Counted from the stretch's first letter, positions 38,401 to 49,555 are shown. The stretch: 64,000 bases of DNA from Gammaproteobacteria bacterium (GCA_045564455.1 JBJLHG010000002.1:679877-743876); one strand, 5' to 3'. The notes: generated by a model from the sequence alone, not told the origin. Numbers and translations are program-made.

Positions 38401-38997
38401 ATGGATTTCCTTTGCTTGGACTTTGAAGGAGTTCTTATACCTGAGATATGGCAGTATGTTGCTAAAGAAACAAACTCTGAAGAGTTAATGTTAACTACTC
38501 AAGACTTAAAAGATTATGATGAGTTAATGAAGCTTAGAATGAAGGTCGTGAATGAGAAAAATATTAAATTAAGTGATATTCAAGAAATTGTCAGCACAAT
38601 GGAGCCTTTTGAAGGCGCGCAAGACTTCCTTGAATGGGCTAGAAGTAATTTTCAAGTTAGTATAGTTTCAGATACATTTTATGAATTAGCTTGGCCATTG
38701 GTTCAGAAATTAAATTTTCCAACAATTATTTGTCATCATTTAAATATTGAAAACGATAGAATTATGGGCTACGAATTAAGACAAGATAATAATAAACAAA
38801 AGGTTATAGAAGCATTGAAGAGTCTCAAGTACAAAGTATTTGCCGCAGGAGACTCTTATAATGACGTAAATATGCTAAAAACTTCTGATGTAGGTATTTT
38901 CTTTCAAGCCCCAGAGCACATAAAAAATGAATTTCCAGAGTTACTTACTGCAACTTCATACGATGAGTTAAAATCAACATTATGCAAATATTTATAA
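38401..38997 (+). CDS. thrH: ThrH-like phosphoserine phosphatase / homoserine phosphotransferase (HAD family)
   Basis: CLDFEGVLIPEIW.., QVSIVSDTFYEL, AAGDSYNDVNML collinear with P. aeruginosa ThrH as recalled. Confidence 0.75.
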   Translation: MDFLCLDFEGVLIPEIWQYVAKETNSEELMLTTQDLKDYDELMKLRMKVVNEKNIKLSDIQEIVSTMEPFEGAQDFLEWARSNFQVSIVSDTFYELAWPLVQKLNFPTIICHHLNIENDRIMGYELRQDNNKQKVIEALKSLKYKVFAAGDSYNDVNMLKTSDVGIFFQAPEHIKNEFPELLTATSYDELKSTLCKYL

Positions 38998-39858
38998 ATG
39001 TCTAAAAATTTTTTTGATCTCCTAGAAAAAATCAAACCTTTAAAAGTAGTAGGGGCAGTCAATGCTTATAACGCTTTGCTAGCAGAAAAATCAGGGCTAG
39101 AGGCACTCTATTTATCAGGCGCAGGAGTAGCAAATGCAAGTTATGGAATTCCAGATCTTGCAATGACTTCTAAAGATAATGTTTTAGAGGACCTAAGAAG
39201 AATAAAAGGTGTGTCAGAGCTTCCTGTTTTAGTTGATTGTGACACTGGCTGGGGTTCTGCGCTTAGTATTTCAAAAACAACTAAAGATATGATTTCAGCT
39301 GGAGCTTCTGGGATACATATAGAAGATCAAGTCTCAAGTAAAAGATGTGGTCACAGACCTAATAAAGAAATTGTTTCCAAGGAAGAGATGGTAGATCGAA
39401 TCAAAGCTTCAAAAGATGCTGCTGAAAACGATTTTCTTTTGATGGCAAGAACTGATGCATTTGCTAAAGAAGGAATAAATGGAGTTATAGAAAGATGTAG
39501 CTCATACGTAGAGGCAGGAGCAAACTCTGTCTTTCCCGAGGCAATTGTAACCCTCGAAGATTATTCAAAGTTATCATTAAATCTAAAAGTCCCTATTCTC
39601 GCAAACATAACTGAGTTTGGGTTGACTCCTCTGTTCAACGATAAAGAATTAGGCGATTCAGGAGTAGATATTATTTTACATCCGCTAAGTGCTTTTAGAG
39701 CAATGTCCAAGGCAGCAGAAGAAATTTATTTAGAGATTAGTTCTAAAGGCAGTGTTGAAAAAAAATTAGAAAAAATGCAATCTCGAGATGAATTATATGA
39801 CGTACTGAACTATCATACGTACGAACAAAAAATCGATAACCTATTTTCTAAGGATTAA
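38998..39858 (+). CDS. prpB: 2-methylisocitrate lyase
   Basis: DCDTGWG, IEDQVSSKRCGH (KRCGH active-site loop), ICL/PEP-mutase family. Followed by prpC and prpD. Confidence 0.9.
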   Translation: MSKNFFDLLEKIKPLKVVGAVNAYNALLAEKSGLEALYLSGAGVANASYGIPDLAMTSKDNVLEDLRRIKGVSELPVLVDCDTGWGSALSISKTTKDMISAGASGIHIEDQVSSKRCGHRPNKEIVSKEEMVDRIKASKDAAENDFLLMARTDAFAKEGINGVIERCSSYVEAGANSVFPEAIVTLEDYSKLSLNLKVPILANITEFGLTPLFNDKELGDSGVDIILHPLSAFRAMSKAAEEIYLEISSKGSVEKKLEKMQSRDELYDVLNYHTYEQKIDNLFSKD

Positions 39859-39862
39859 TTAA

Positions 39863-40987
39863 ATGACAGAGAAGAAATTAGAGGGCGCTGGCCTTCGAGG
39901 ACAAGTAGCAGGGAATACATCTCTTTCGACAGTTGGGAAAGCTGGAAAGGGCTTAACCTATAGAGGATACCCAATTGAAGTTCTTTCAGATAAAGCTTCA
40001 TTTGAAGAAGTTGCTTATATGCTCTTATACGGCGACCTGCCTAATAAAGATGAATTTGACACTTATTCAAATAAACTCAAGGCTTTTAGAGTTCTTCCAA
40101 ATACTTTATTAGAAGTTCTAGAAAAAATCCCTGCTTCAGCTCATCCCATGGATGTGATGCGAACTGGCTGCTCAATGTTGGGTAATTTAGAACCTGAAGG
40201 TGATTTTTCAAATCAAAGTGATTCAGCCGATAGGATTTTAGCCGCTATGGCTTCAATTATTGTTTATTGGTATCGTTTTTCTCATGATGGAGTTAAAGTA
40301 GATCTTGCTACCGATCATCCAACAATTGGAGGTCATTTTCTTTCCTTGCTTACAGGCAAAGAACCGACTGAAGAACATATCAGATGCTTAGATACTTCAT
40401 TAATTTTATATGCTGAACACGGTTTTAATGCATCAACGTTCACAGCTAGAACGTGTGCTTCGACTCTTTCAGATATTCATTCATGCATTACTGGAGCTAT
40501 CGGAACTTTAAGAGGTCCTTTGCATGGTGGTGCCAATGAAGCTGCTATGGAAATGATAGAACAGTTTTCAAATAGAGAAGATGCTCGAAAAGCTGTTTTA
40601 GACATGCTAGATAAAAAAGAAAAAATAATGGGATTCGGCCACGCTGTCTATAGCACTGAAGATCCTAGAAATGCAATTATCAAACTATGGTCTGAAAAAT
40701 TAAGTAAATTAGATGGAGATGAAACTCTATATCAAGTTTCAGAAGAAATAGAAAAAACAATGGCTGATGAAAAAGGTATGTTTGCTAATACAGATTTTTT
40801 TATGGCATCTGCTTATCACTATTTAGGAATTCCTACAAAAATTTTTACTCCATTATTCGTTATAGGAAGAACTTCAGGCTGGGCAGCTAGTATTTTTGAA
40901 CAGCGTGCTGATAATAGAATTATTAGACCCAGCGAGGAGTACATTGGCCCAGATCATGCTGAATGGGTTGATTTAACTAATAGATAA
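39863..40987 (+). CDS. prpC: 2-methylcitrate synthase
   Basis: Citrate-synthase family: GPLHGGANE, GFGHAVY, TDFF. 374 aa. prpB/prpD context. Confidence 0.9.
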   Translation: MTEKKLEGAGLRGQVAGNTSLSTVGKAGKGLTYRGYPIEVLSDKASFEEVAYMLLYGDLPNKDEFDTYSNKLKAFRVLPNTLLEVLEKIPASAHPMDVMRTGCSMLGNLEPEGDFSNQSDSADRILAAMASIIVYWYRFSHDGVKVDLATDHPTIGGHFLSLLTGKEPTEEHIRCLDTSLILYAEHGFNASTFTARTCASTLSDIHSCITGAIGTLRGPLHGGANEAAMEMIEQFSNREDARKAVLDMLDKKEKIMGFGHAVYSTEDPRNAIIKLWSEKLSKLDGDETLYQVSEEIEKTMADEKGMFANTDFFMASAYHYLGIPTKIFTPLFVIGRTSGWAASIFEQRADNRIIRPSEEYIGPDHAEWVDLTNR

Positions 40988-40995
40988 CCAAATAT

Positions 40996-42447
40996 ATGTC
41001 TTCAACCGTCGAAACGAATGTTCGTCAAGATCCTGATGAACTTTTAATAAAAATTGCTGATTATGCTTTAGATTATTCCATCGATAGTGAAGAAGCCTTT
41101 TCAACTGCAAGATATTGTTTGATGGATACTCTTGGATGTGGATTGTTAGCTTTAAACTTTCCTGATTGTAAAAAAGTTCTTGGTCCTCATGTTGAGGGAA
41201 CAGAAGTCCCAAATGGAGTTAGAGTTCCAGGTACAAATTATATTTTAGATCCTGTAAAGGGAGCATGGGATATAGGAGCTATTATTCGATGGTTAGATTT
41301 TAACGATACCTGGCTAGCTGCAGAATGGGGTCATCCTTCAGATAATTTAGGAGGAATTTTGGCTGCAGCAGATTATATTTCTCAAAAAAATATTTCTGCA
41401 GGTAAAGAGTCTTTGACGATGAAGCAAGTTTTAGAATGCATGATCAAAGCTCATGAAATTCAGGGAGTAATGGCACTAGAAAATAGTTTTAATAGAGTTG
41501 GGTTAGATCATGTGATTTTAGTTAAATTAGCTTCTACAGCAGTAATTTCATCTTTATTTGGCCTCTCTAAAGAACAAACAATTGATGCTTTATCTCAGGT
41601 TTTTGTTGATGGTCAAAGCTTAAGAACATACAGACATAGTCCAAATGCAGGACCAAGAAAATCATGGGCAGCAGGGGATGCAACTAGTAGAGCTATGCAG
41701 TTAGTTTTGCTTACCTTAAAGGGACAAATTGGTTATCCTAGTGCCATTACCGCTCCAAATTGGGGCTTTAAAGACGTTTTATTTAAAGGAAATGACTTTT
41801 CTATCAATCAAGAATTTTCATCTTATGTGATGGAAAATGTTCTTTTTAAAATTTCTTTTCCAGCAGAATTTCATGCTCAAACAGCGGTAGAAGCTGCTGT
41901 TACTTTACATCCAGAAATTATTAGCAGATTAGATGATATTGAAAAAATTGTAATTACAACTCATGAATCTGCAATAAGAATTATTAGCAAGGAAGGAAAA
42001 CTAAATAATCCAGCTGATAGAGATCATTGTATTCAATATATGACAGCCATAGGATTGATCAAAGGAGATTTAATTGCTGAGGATTATGAAGATGATACTG
42101 CATCTGACCCTCGCATAGATTCTTTAAGAGAAAAAATGGTTGTAGAGGAAAATAAAAGATATTCATCCGAATATTTAGAAGCCGATAAAAGATCCATAGC
42201 CAACTCCCTTCAAGTTTTTTTTAAAGACGGATCTTCTTCAAATACTGTTGAGGTAGAGTATCCTATAGGCCACAAAAGAAGACGAGAAGAAGGCATACCC
42301 ATTTTAATTTCTAAATTTGAAAGAAATTTAAAAACTCAACTTTCATCAGAGAGGTCTCAAGTTATTTTAGAAGCATGCAGCGATCAACAGGGTATGGAAG
42401 CTATGAAAGTTACTGACTTCATGTCTCTTTTTGTTTTAGAAAATTAA
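40996..42447 (+). CDS. prpD: 2-methylcitrate dehydratase
   Basis: MmgE/PrpD family, 483 aa, collinear with enterobacterial PrpD. Operon context. Confidence 0.9.
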   Translation: MSSTVETNVRQDPDELLIKIADYALDYSIDSEEAFSTARYCLMDTLGCGLLALNFPDCKKVLGPHVEGTEVPNGVRVPGTNYILDPVKGAWDIGAIIRWLDFNDTWLAAEWGHPSDNLGGILAAADYISQKNISAGKESLTMKQVLECMIKAHEIQGVMALENSFNRVGLDHVILVKLASTAVISSLFGLSKEQTIDALSQVFVDGQSLRTYRHSPNAGPRKSWAAGDATSRAMQLVLLTLKGQIGYPSAITAPNWGFKDVLFKGNDFSINQEFSSYVMENVLFKISFPAEFHAQTAVEAAVTLHPEIISRLDDIEKIVITTHESAIRIISKEGKLNNPADRDHCIQYMTAIGLIKGDLIAEDYEDDTASDPRIDSLREKMVVEENKRYSSEYLEADKRSIANSLQVFFKDGSSSNTVEVEYPIGHKRRREEGIPILISKFERNLKTQLSSERSQVILEACSDQQGMEAMKVTDFMSLFVLEN

Positions 42448-42487
42448 TTTCATACAAAATATTTTTTTATAAGTAAAATCTCTTTTA

Positions 42488-43642
42488 ATGAAAGACGATT
42501 TCAGCATCAAAATAAAGATTTATAGAGAATTAAAGAGGTTACTTTTACAATTTATAAATTTACCAAAATATATATTTCAATATTTTTTTAATAATATCTA
42601 TTATGCCTTTTATTTAGATAAGAAAAAGATTCTAAACCAAGGAAAATTACCCTTCGGAAAAAAAATTGCAATATTTCTTATTTTTCCTAACAAAGGACTT
42701 ACCTCTAGTCATAAAAAAACAATAAATCATTTAATAAAAAAAGGTTTTACACCTTTAATAGTTAGCAATTTTCAGCTTTCAGGAGAAGATAAAAATACCT
42801 TAATTGAAATAAGTAATTTTTTGATTCAGAGACCAAATTTTGGATATGATTTTGGAGGATATAGAGATGGCATTCTACAAATACAAAAAAAATTACATTC
42901 TTTGGAAAGTCTTGTCTTGATAAACGATTCTTGCTGGTTTCCAGTTAATAAAGATCAAAATGGAGATTGGCTCGATTTTGTAAATAATTCTAATTTAGAT
43001 TTTATAGGCGCCTCCTCTCATTTTGGTTTTAAAAAACCAAGTTTTAAAAAGGCTTTAAATAAATTATCGGAACTTGACTATAATTTCACTAGTACTTCTA
43101 AAAATTTTCACTACGCTTCTTTTGCCCTAGCAGTCTCAAATAAAATTTTGAAAGATCCTTCGTTCCTAAAATACTGGAAAACTTTAAAGTTATCAGGAAA
43201 AAAAAATATAGTAGTAAGGAGAGGGGAGATTGGCCTAACTCAATGGGTTTTGAACAAACAATCATATACACATGGTTCAATATTAGACTTGAGTTCATTT
43301 CCTGAGATCTTAGAACAATACTCAGCAGATGAATTGTCGAGTATAGTAAGGAATTTGATAGTTGAAAATAATAAATTATTAAAACTTAAAAATTTCCACA
43401 CCTCCAATCTTGATTTATTATCAAAATTAGAGTTAATAAATTTAATAATGTTTAATATTTCAAGATATAACATTGCATATTCAATGGCAGATTTTATTAT
43501 TAACAAATTAGATTTTCCTTTTTTCAAAAAAATTATTTTTAAACTAAATAAAGAGTCAGCTGAGCTGGGACTTAAAATAGCTAAAGACAAGAATCTTGAA
43601 GAAGAAGTAAAATCTAATACTGACTTAAATTTATACCTTTAA
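42488..43642 (+). CDS. Hypothetical polysaccharide-biosynthesis protein (RgpF/rhamnan-synthesis-F-like?)
   Basis: 384 aa. NFGYDFGGYRDG and LINDSCWFP segments loosely recall RgpF-like proteins. Strikingly low G+C: 37 G+C in the first 180 nt by hand count. Confidence 0.35.
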   Translation: MKDDFSIKIKIYRELKRLLLQFINLPKYIFQYFFNNIYYAFYLDKKKILNQGKLPFGKKIAIFLIFPNKGLTSSHKKTINHLIKKGFTPLIVSNFQLSGEDKNTLIEISNFLIQRPNFGYDFGGYRDGILQIQKKLHSLESLVLINDSCWFPVNKDQNGDWLDFVNNSNLDFIGASSHFGFKKPSFKKALNKLSELDYNFTSTSKNFHYASFALAVSNKILKDPSFLKYWKTLKLSGKKNIVVRRGEIGLTQWVLNKQSYTHGSILDLSSFPEILEQYSADELSSIVRNLIVENNKLLKLKNFHTSNLDLLSKLELINLIMFNISRYNIAYSMADFIINKLDFPFFKKIIFKLNKESAELGLKIAKDKNLEEEVKSNTDLNLYL

Positions 43643-44287
43643 ACTAATCCCAAGAGTTTTTTCTAAGTCATTAATGGCCTGAGATGGATTTAATACTTTA
43701 ATAGTAGTCATACCCATTGATTTAGCTGTTTTTAAATTAATTCCCAAATCATCTAAAAAAATAATGTTTTTTGGATTTGCATTGGTCACTTCTAAAGATA
43801 TCTTATAAAAATCAAAATCAGGCTTTCTTACTCCAACATCTTTAGATTCAATAATAAAATCAAAAATATCCATAATTTTAGCTCTATCCTCATTAGCATC
43901 GTCTAAAGGAGAAACATCTTTGTCTCCGGAATCAAAGTTGTTAGTAAGGCATGCTTGCTGAAAGCCTTTTTCTTTTAATAATCTTAAGACGTTTACCATT
44001 TCCGGTCTTATGTCTCCCTTTAAGAGTTCTATAACGTCTGCTCCCTTAACCTTATAACCTAGTTCATTACTTTCTTTAGAAAATAGAGAATCAAATTTTT
44101 CTAGCGATATTTTTGATTGTTCCAAAAGAGCCCAAGCATTTTTATCTGGATTAGTAGAGTTAACTTTTCTTATAAAATCTTTTGGCAAACCAGAGGATTT
44201 TTCATATTTATTAAATGCTTCGAATGGACTAGAAGTCAAAACTCCTCCAAAATCCCAAAAAATCGAACTAAATCTATTATTAATCAT
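43631..44287 (-). CDS. HAD-superfamily hydrolase (subfamily IA, epoxide-hydrolase N-terminal-phosphatase-like)
   Basis: Motif I FWDFGGVL, motif II CLTNN, motif IV FLDDLGINL. Confidence 0.7.
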   Translation of the reverse strand: MINNRFSSIFWDFGGVLTSSPFEAFNKYEKSSGLPKDFIRKVNSTNPDKNAWALLEQSKISLEKFDSLFSKESNELGYKVKGADVIELLKGDIRPEMVNVLRLLKEKGFQQACLTNNFDSGDKDVSPLDDANEDRAKIMDIFDFIIESKDVGVRKPDFDFYKISLEVTNANPKNIIFLDDLGINLKTAKSMGMTTIKVLNPSQAINDLEKTLGISLKV

Positions 44288-44342
44288 CTATTTAAGTAAA
44301 AGGCGCATAAAGCGTATAATCAAATATTAAGTTTAAATTTAT

Positions 44343-45440
44343 ATGTCAGGAAATACTATCGGAAAAGTTTTTACAGTCACTACTTTTGGCGAAAGCCATG
44401 GAGTTGCTCTAGGTTGTATTATAGATGGATGTCCTCCTGGTATAGAGATCTCTAAGGAAGAAATACAGAAAGAATTAGATTTAAGAAAGCCAGGTTCAAA
44501 TAAATACACTACAGAGAGGAAAGAAAAAGATGAAGTAGAAATTTTATCTGGAATTTTTGAAGGAGTAACTACTGGCACACCGATAGGCCTTTTAATTAGA
44601 AATCAAGACCAAAGAAGTTCTGATTATGATGCATTAAAAGATGTATTTAGGCCATCTCATGCAGATTATAGTTATATACAAAAATACGGAATAAGAGATC
44701 ATAGGGGGGGAGGCAGATCTTCTGCTAGAGAAACTTCTATGAGAGTTGCAGCGGGAGCTATAGCAAAAAAATTTCTTTCTTCTAAATTAGATATTGATAT
44801 ATTCGGGTTTGTTTCTCAAATTGGTGATTTCTCTATCAATAACTTTGATAAAAAAGAAATTAAAAATAATCCTTTTTTTTGTCCTGATAAGGATTTAGTA
44901 AAAAAACTGGAATCTTTTATTGATGATTTAAGAGAAGAGGGCAATTCAATTGGTGCAAAGATAACAGTAAATGTCACAAATATGCCCTTAGGCTTAGGCG
45001 AACCTGTTTTTGATAAATTGGATGCAGATATTGCTTATTCTTTAATGAGTATTAATGCTGTTAAAGGAGTAGAGATAGGAAATGGTTTTGAAGCTGTTTC
45101 ATTAAAAGGTTCTGAAAATCGTGATGAGATTTCTCCAAAAGGATTTAAATCTAATAATTCAGGTGGAATTTCAGGTGGGATTTCTACAGGCCAAGATTTA
45201 ATAGCTAGCATTGCTTTAAAGCCAACATCTAGCATTATGGTAGAGGGTGATAGTGTTGATAAAGATGGTAAAGCAGTCAAGGTTCAATCAAAAGGAAGGC
45301 ATGATCCTTGTGTAGGAATAAGAGCTGTTCCAATCGCTGAAGCTATGGTTGCTATAGTTTTAACAGATCATTTTTTAAGAAATAGAGCTCAAAATTCAGA
45401 TAAACCTAATTTAATTAATAAAATTCCTTCAAGCGAATAA
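44343..45440 (+). CDS. aroC: Chorismate synthase
   Basis: [30 protein letters not shown] signatures. Confidence 0.95.
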   Translation: MSGNTIGKVFTVTTFGESHGVALGCIIDGCPPGIEISKEEIQKELDLRKPGSNKYTTERKEKDEVEILSGIFEGVTTGTPIGLLIRNQDQRSSDYDALKDVFRPSHADYSYIQKYGIRDHRGGGRSSARETSMRVAAGAIAKKFLSSKLDIDIFGFVSQIGDFSINNFDKKEIKNNPFFCPDKDLVKKLESFIDDLREEGNSIGAKITVNVTNMPLGLGEPVFDKLDADIAYSLMSINAVKGVEIGNGFEAVSLKGSENRDEISPKGFKSNNSGGISGGISTGQDLIASIALKPTSSIMVEGDSVDKDGKAVKVQSKGRHDPCVGIRAVPIAEAMVAIVLTDHFLRNRAQNSDKPNLINKIPSSE

Positions 45441-45442
45441 TA

Positions 45443-46855
45443 ATGTCAGCGAAAACACTCTACGATAAAATTTGGGACGAACATTTTGTTACAGATAGAG
45501 ATGATGGAAGCTCTTTAATCTACATAGATAGACACTTAATTCATGAAGTAACTTCTCCGCAAGCATTTGAGGGTCTTAGAGAAAATAATCTGAAGCCTAG
45601 AAGAGTATCATCCATTTTAGCCACTCCAGATCACAATGTTCCTACAACTTCAAGAGAATCAGATATCGATGGTATTGAAGATCCTACCAGCAAACTTCAA
45701 GTGGTGACATTAAATGAAAACTGTAATGAATTTGGAATTAATCAGTTTAAATTAAATGATTTGAGACAAGGTATTGTTCATGTTGTAGGTCCAGAACAAG
45801 GTTTAACTTTGCCAGGCATGACTATTGTATGCGGCGATTCACATACTTCTACACATGGCGCTTTTGGCTCTCTAGCTATGGGTATAGGAACAAGCGAGGT
45901 AGAGCATGTACTTGCAACACAATGTCTTGTTACTCAAAAACAAAAAAATATGATGATCAGCGTAAATGGAAAAATTCAGCCTGGAGTCACTGCTAAAGAC
46001 ATAACAATGTTTATTATTGGTCAAATAGGCACTGCTGGTGGAACAGGTCACGTAATAGAATACACAGGCGAGGCTATAAGTTCTTTGTCAATGGAAGGAA
46101 GAATGACTTTATGTAATATGGCAATAGAAGCAGGTGCAAGAGCAGGCATGGTTTCTCCAGATCAAATTACTTTTGATTATGTACAAGGAAAACCTTTGGC
46201 TCCTCGAGGAGAAATATTCAATCAAGCTTGTTCTTATTGGAAAACTTTAACTAGTGATGAGAATGCTTTATTTGATGTTATTTATGAATTTGATGGTAAT
46301 GATATTTTACCTCAAGTAACTTGGGGAACATCACCAGAAATGGTTGTAAATATCGATGAATTCGTGCCTGATCCAAAAGAATTTGAATCTAAATCCGTGT
46401 CAAAGAATTTAACTCAAGCTATGAATTATATGGGGCTGACTCCTGGAACAAGAATAAAGGATATAGAGCTTGACCAGATATTTATAGGCTCCTGCACTAA
46501 CTCAAGAATTGAAGATCTAAGAGAAGCAGCAAAGATCTTAAAAGATAATAAGATTTCAAAAAGAATTAAAAGAGCGATAGTTGTTCCAGGGTCAGGTTTG
46601 GTTAAAAAACAAGCTGAAACAGAGGGTCTAGATGAGATTTTTTTAGATGCAGGATTTGAGTGGAGAGATGCTGGATGTTCTATGTGTCTTGGGATGAACC
46701 CAGACCAACTAAAAAGATTAGAAAGGTGTGCTTCAACTTCGAATAGAAATTTTGAAGGTAGACAAGGATATAAAGGAAGAACTCACTTAGTAAGCCCAAC
46801 CATGGCTGCTTTAGCTTCTTTGGAAGGAAAATTTAGCGATATAAGAAAGGTATAA
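45443..46855 (+). CDS. leuC: 3-isopropylmalate dehydratase large subunit
   Basis: [36 protein letters not shown], aconitase-family Fe-S ligands. Confidence 0.95.
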   Translation: MSAKTLYDKIWDEHFVTDRDDGSSLIYIDRHLIHEVTSPQAFEGLRENNLKPRRVSSILATPDHNVPTTSRESDIDGIEDPTSKLQVVTLNENCNEFGINQFKLNDLRQGIVHVVGPEQGLTLPGMTIVCGDSHTSTHGAFGSLAMGIGTSEVEHVLATQCLVTQKQKNMMISVNGKIQPGVTAKDITMFIIGQIGTAGGTGHVIEYTGEAISSLSMEGRMTLCNMAIEAGARAGMVSPDQITFDYVQGKPLAPRGEIFNQACSYWKTLTSDENALFDVIYEFDGNDILPQVTWGTSPEMVVNIDEFVPDPKEFESKSVSKNLTQAMNYMGLTPGTRIKDIELDQIFIGSCTNSRIEDLREAAKILKDNKISKRIKRAIVVPGSGLVKKQAETEGLDEIFLDAGFEWRDAGCSMCLGMNPDQLKRLERCASTSNRNFEGRQGYKGRTHLVSPTMAALASLEGKFSDIRKV

Positions 46856-46856
46856 A

Positions 46857-47501
46857 ATGTCTCAAATATCCAATCTTTATTCTGGCGATGCTGTTTTTTT
46901 AGAAAAATCTAATGTTGATACAGACCAGATAATTCCTAAGCAATATTTAAAATCTATAAAAAAAACTGGACTAGGTCCTTTTCTTTTTGATGCTTGGAGA
47001 TTTGAAGATGAGGGTTATTTAGGAAAAAAATTAAATGAAAGAATCATTAACAAGGAATTTATTTTAAATAGGCCAATTTATAAAAATATCAATATTTTAA
47101 TTGCTCAGGATAATTTCGGATGTGGGTCTAGTAGAGAGCACGCTGTATGGGCCTTAAAAGATTACGGCATCAATACGATCATAGCTCCATCTTTTGGAGA
47201 TATTTTCTTTAATAATTGCTTTAAGAATGGTATTTTGGCTATAAAAATTTCTAGTTTAAGTATTGATAAAATTACAAAAAATACTTCTAATAACTTTCCA
47301 TTAAATATAGAAATTGATTTAGTAAATCAATTAATTTCATGCAAAGATTTATTCGTAGAAAAATTCTCCATAGATTCACATAGAAAAAAGTGTCTGATAG
47401 AGGGCTTAGATGAAATTGGATATAGCCTTAAGTATGAAAAAGAAATTTCAAACTACGAAGAAAAGATAAAGGTATCTAGACCATGGATAATCAATGAATA
47501 A
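46857..47501 (+). CDS. leuD: 3-isopropylmalate dehydratase small subunit
   Basis: NVDTDQIIPKQYLK, NFGCGSSREHA. Between leuC and leuB. Confidence 0.9.
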   Translation: MSQISNLYSGDAVFLEKSNVDTDQIIPKQYLKSIKKTGLGPFLFDAWRFEDEGYLGKKLNERIINKEFILNRPIYKNINILIAQDNFGCGSSREHAVWALKDYGINTIIAPSFGDIFFNNCFKNGILAIKISSLSIDKITKNTSNNFPLNIEIDLVNQLISCKDLFVEKFSIDSHRKKCLIEGLDEIGYSLKYEKEISNYEEKIKVSRPWIINE

Positions 47502-48558
47502 AGAAAAAAACGTATTAATGCTCTCTGGTGATGGCGTTGGACCTGAAGTTTGTAATGAAGGGAAAAAAGTTATTAATGCAATCAGTGAACGCTATAAATT
47601 TATTGTAAATATTGAAGAGGAATTAATTGGTGGAGCCTCTATAGACAAAAATGGATTGCCTTTAACTGATAGTGTTATTACAAAAGCTAAATCTTCTGAT
47701 GCGGTTATTTTGGGAGCTGTAGGTGGCCCGAAATGGGATCATCTTCCTCCTAAAGACGGACCTGAAAAGGGACTACTGAAAATAAGATCAGAACTTGATC
47801 TCTTTGCAAATTTAAGACCTTGTATAGCCTTCAAAAAAACAGCAAATGCTTCGTCTTTAAAACCAGAAATAATTGATAATTTAAATTTATTGATAGTTAG
47901 GGAATTGACTGGAGGTATTTATTTCGGAGAGCCTAGAGATAAATCAGCAGATAAAGCTTTTAACACAATGATTTACGCGAAAAAAGAAGTTGAAAGAATT
48001 GCTGAAGTTGCTTTTGAAAGTGCAATGAAAAGAAACAAACAATTATGCTCAGTAGATAAAGCAAATGTCTTAGAAGTTTCAGAATTTTGGAGGGAAGTAG
48101 TTCATAATGTTTCAAAAAAATATCCTGAAGTTAAAGTTACTAATATGTTGGTTGATAATGCAGCAATGCAATTAGTAAAAAATCCTAAACAATTTGATGT
48201 AGTGGTTTCGTCTAATTTATTTGGAGATATTCTTTCTGATATTGGTGCAATGCTTACTGGATCAATCGGCATGTTACCTTCAGCATCTCTTGATATAAAT
48301 TCTAAAGGTCTGTATGAACCAGTTCATGGAACGGCCCCTGATATTGCTGGACAAGGAATAGTTAATCCAATTGCAACAATTCTTTCTATTTCTATGATGT
48401 ATAAATACACTTTTAATGAACCTAAAATTTCTATTGAGATAGAGAATGCTGTTAAAAAGGTTTTAGATAATGATTACGCAACTCCTGATATAGCTTCTGA
48501 AAATTCTAAAATTTTATCAACACAAGAAATGGGCTCTCTGATAGCAGATTATGTTTAA
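47494..48558 (+). CDS. leuB: 3-isopropylmalate dehydrogenase
   Basis: GDGVGPEV, RELTGGIYFG, NLFGDILSD signatures. Confidence 0.95.
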   Translation: MNKEKNVLMLSGDGVGPEVCNEGKKVINAISERYKFIVNIEEELIGGASIDKNGLPLTDSVITKAKSSDAVILGAVGGPKWDHLPPKDGPEKGLLKIRSELDLFANLRPCIAFKKTANASSLKPEIIDNLNLLIVRELTGGIYFGEPRDKSADKAFNTMIYAKKEVERIAEVAFESAMKRNKQLCSVDKANVLEVSEFWREVVHNVSKKYPEVKVTNMLVDNAAMQLVKNPKQFDVVVSSNLFGDILSDIGAMLTGSIGMLPSASLDINSKGLYEPVHGTAPDIAGQGIVNPIATILSISMMYKYTFNEPKISIEIENAVKKVLDNDYATPDIASENSKILSTQEMGSLIADYV

Positions 48559-49555
48559 AAAAAGATTAGCAATTGTGGGAGCTACTGGAGCAGTTGGAAG
48601 AGTTTTTCTCGAGCTTTTAGAAGAAAAATATCCAGGCCCTAAAGAACTTTTCTTGCTTGCCAGTAAAAGATCTGTAGGTAAAAAGATAAAGTGTGGCTCT
48701 CAAGATTTTGTTATAGAGGATTTAAATAATTTTAATTTTTCGCAGGCTGATATAGCCTTTTTTTCTGCAGGCAGTGATATAGCTGAAAAATATGCTCCTC
48801 TAGCTGTTTCAAAAGGATGCACAGTTATCGATAACTCTTCTAGATTTAGATCAGATGATGATAAAGCTTTGATTGTTCCTGAAGTAAATGCACATGTATT
48901 AAAAGAAATAGAATTTCCAGCAATAATTGCAAATCCAAATTGTTCAACAGCCCAATTATTGGTTGCCTTAAAGCCCGTCCATGATCTATTCACTATCAAA
49001 AGAGTTGACGTAGCTACATACCAATCTGTTTCTGGATCAGGAAAAATAGGAATAGATGAGCTAACAATGCAAACAAAAGATTTTCTGGATAAAAATAAAG
49101 TTTCAGTAAATATTTATGACTCTCAAATAGCTTTTAATGTAATTCCAGCTGGCGATAGGCTCGATAATAACTACACGAATGAAGAAATGAAAATGACTTG
49201 GGAAACTAATAAAATATTAGATCAAGATATCCAGTTAACGGCCACATGCACAAGAGTCCCAGTTTTTTTTGGTCATTCTGAAGCGGTTCATTTAGAAACA
49301 AAAAAAGCAATAGATTTAGATAAATTAATAAATGCTATGAAGCTTCAATCTGGATTAGATGTTTATCCATCCGACGACTTATCAGCTCCTAATGCAGTTG
49401 ATCAGGCTGAAGGAAAAAATCCTGTTTCTATAGGCAGGATTAGAAAAGATTTATGGAGTGATAATAGAATTAACTTTTGGGTTGTAGCAGATAATCTTAG
49501 AAAGGGCGCTGCTTTGAATAGTCTTCAAATTTTAGATGAAATTATCAATATTTAA
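48551..49555 (+). CDS. asd: Aspartate-semialdehyde dehydrogenase (short type)
   Basis: IVGATGAVG, active-site ANPNCST, SGSGK. leuB-asd-fimV synteny as in Pseudomonas. Confidence 0.85.
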   Translation: MFKKRLAIVGATGAVGRVFLELLEEKYPGPKELFLLASKRSVGKKIKCGSQDFVIEDLNNFNFSQADIAFFSAGSDIAEKYAPLAVSKGCTVIDNSSRFRSDDDKALIVPEVNAHVLKEIEFPAIIANPNCSTAQLLVALKPVHDLFTIKRVDVATYQSVSGSGKIGIDELTMQTKDFLDKNKVSVNIYDSQIAFNVIPAGDRLDNNYTNEEMKMTWETNKILDQDIQLTATCTRVPVFFGHSEAVHLETKKAIDLDKLINAMKLQSGLDVYPSDDLSAPNAVDQAEGKNPVSIGRIRKDLWSDNRINFWVVADNLRKGAALNSLQILDEIINI

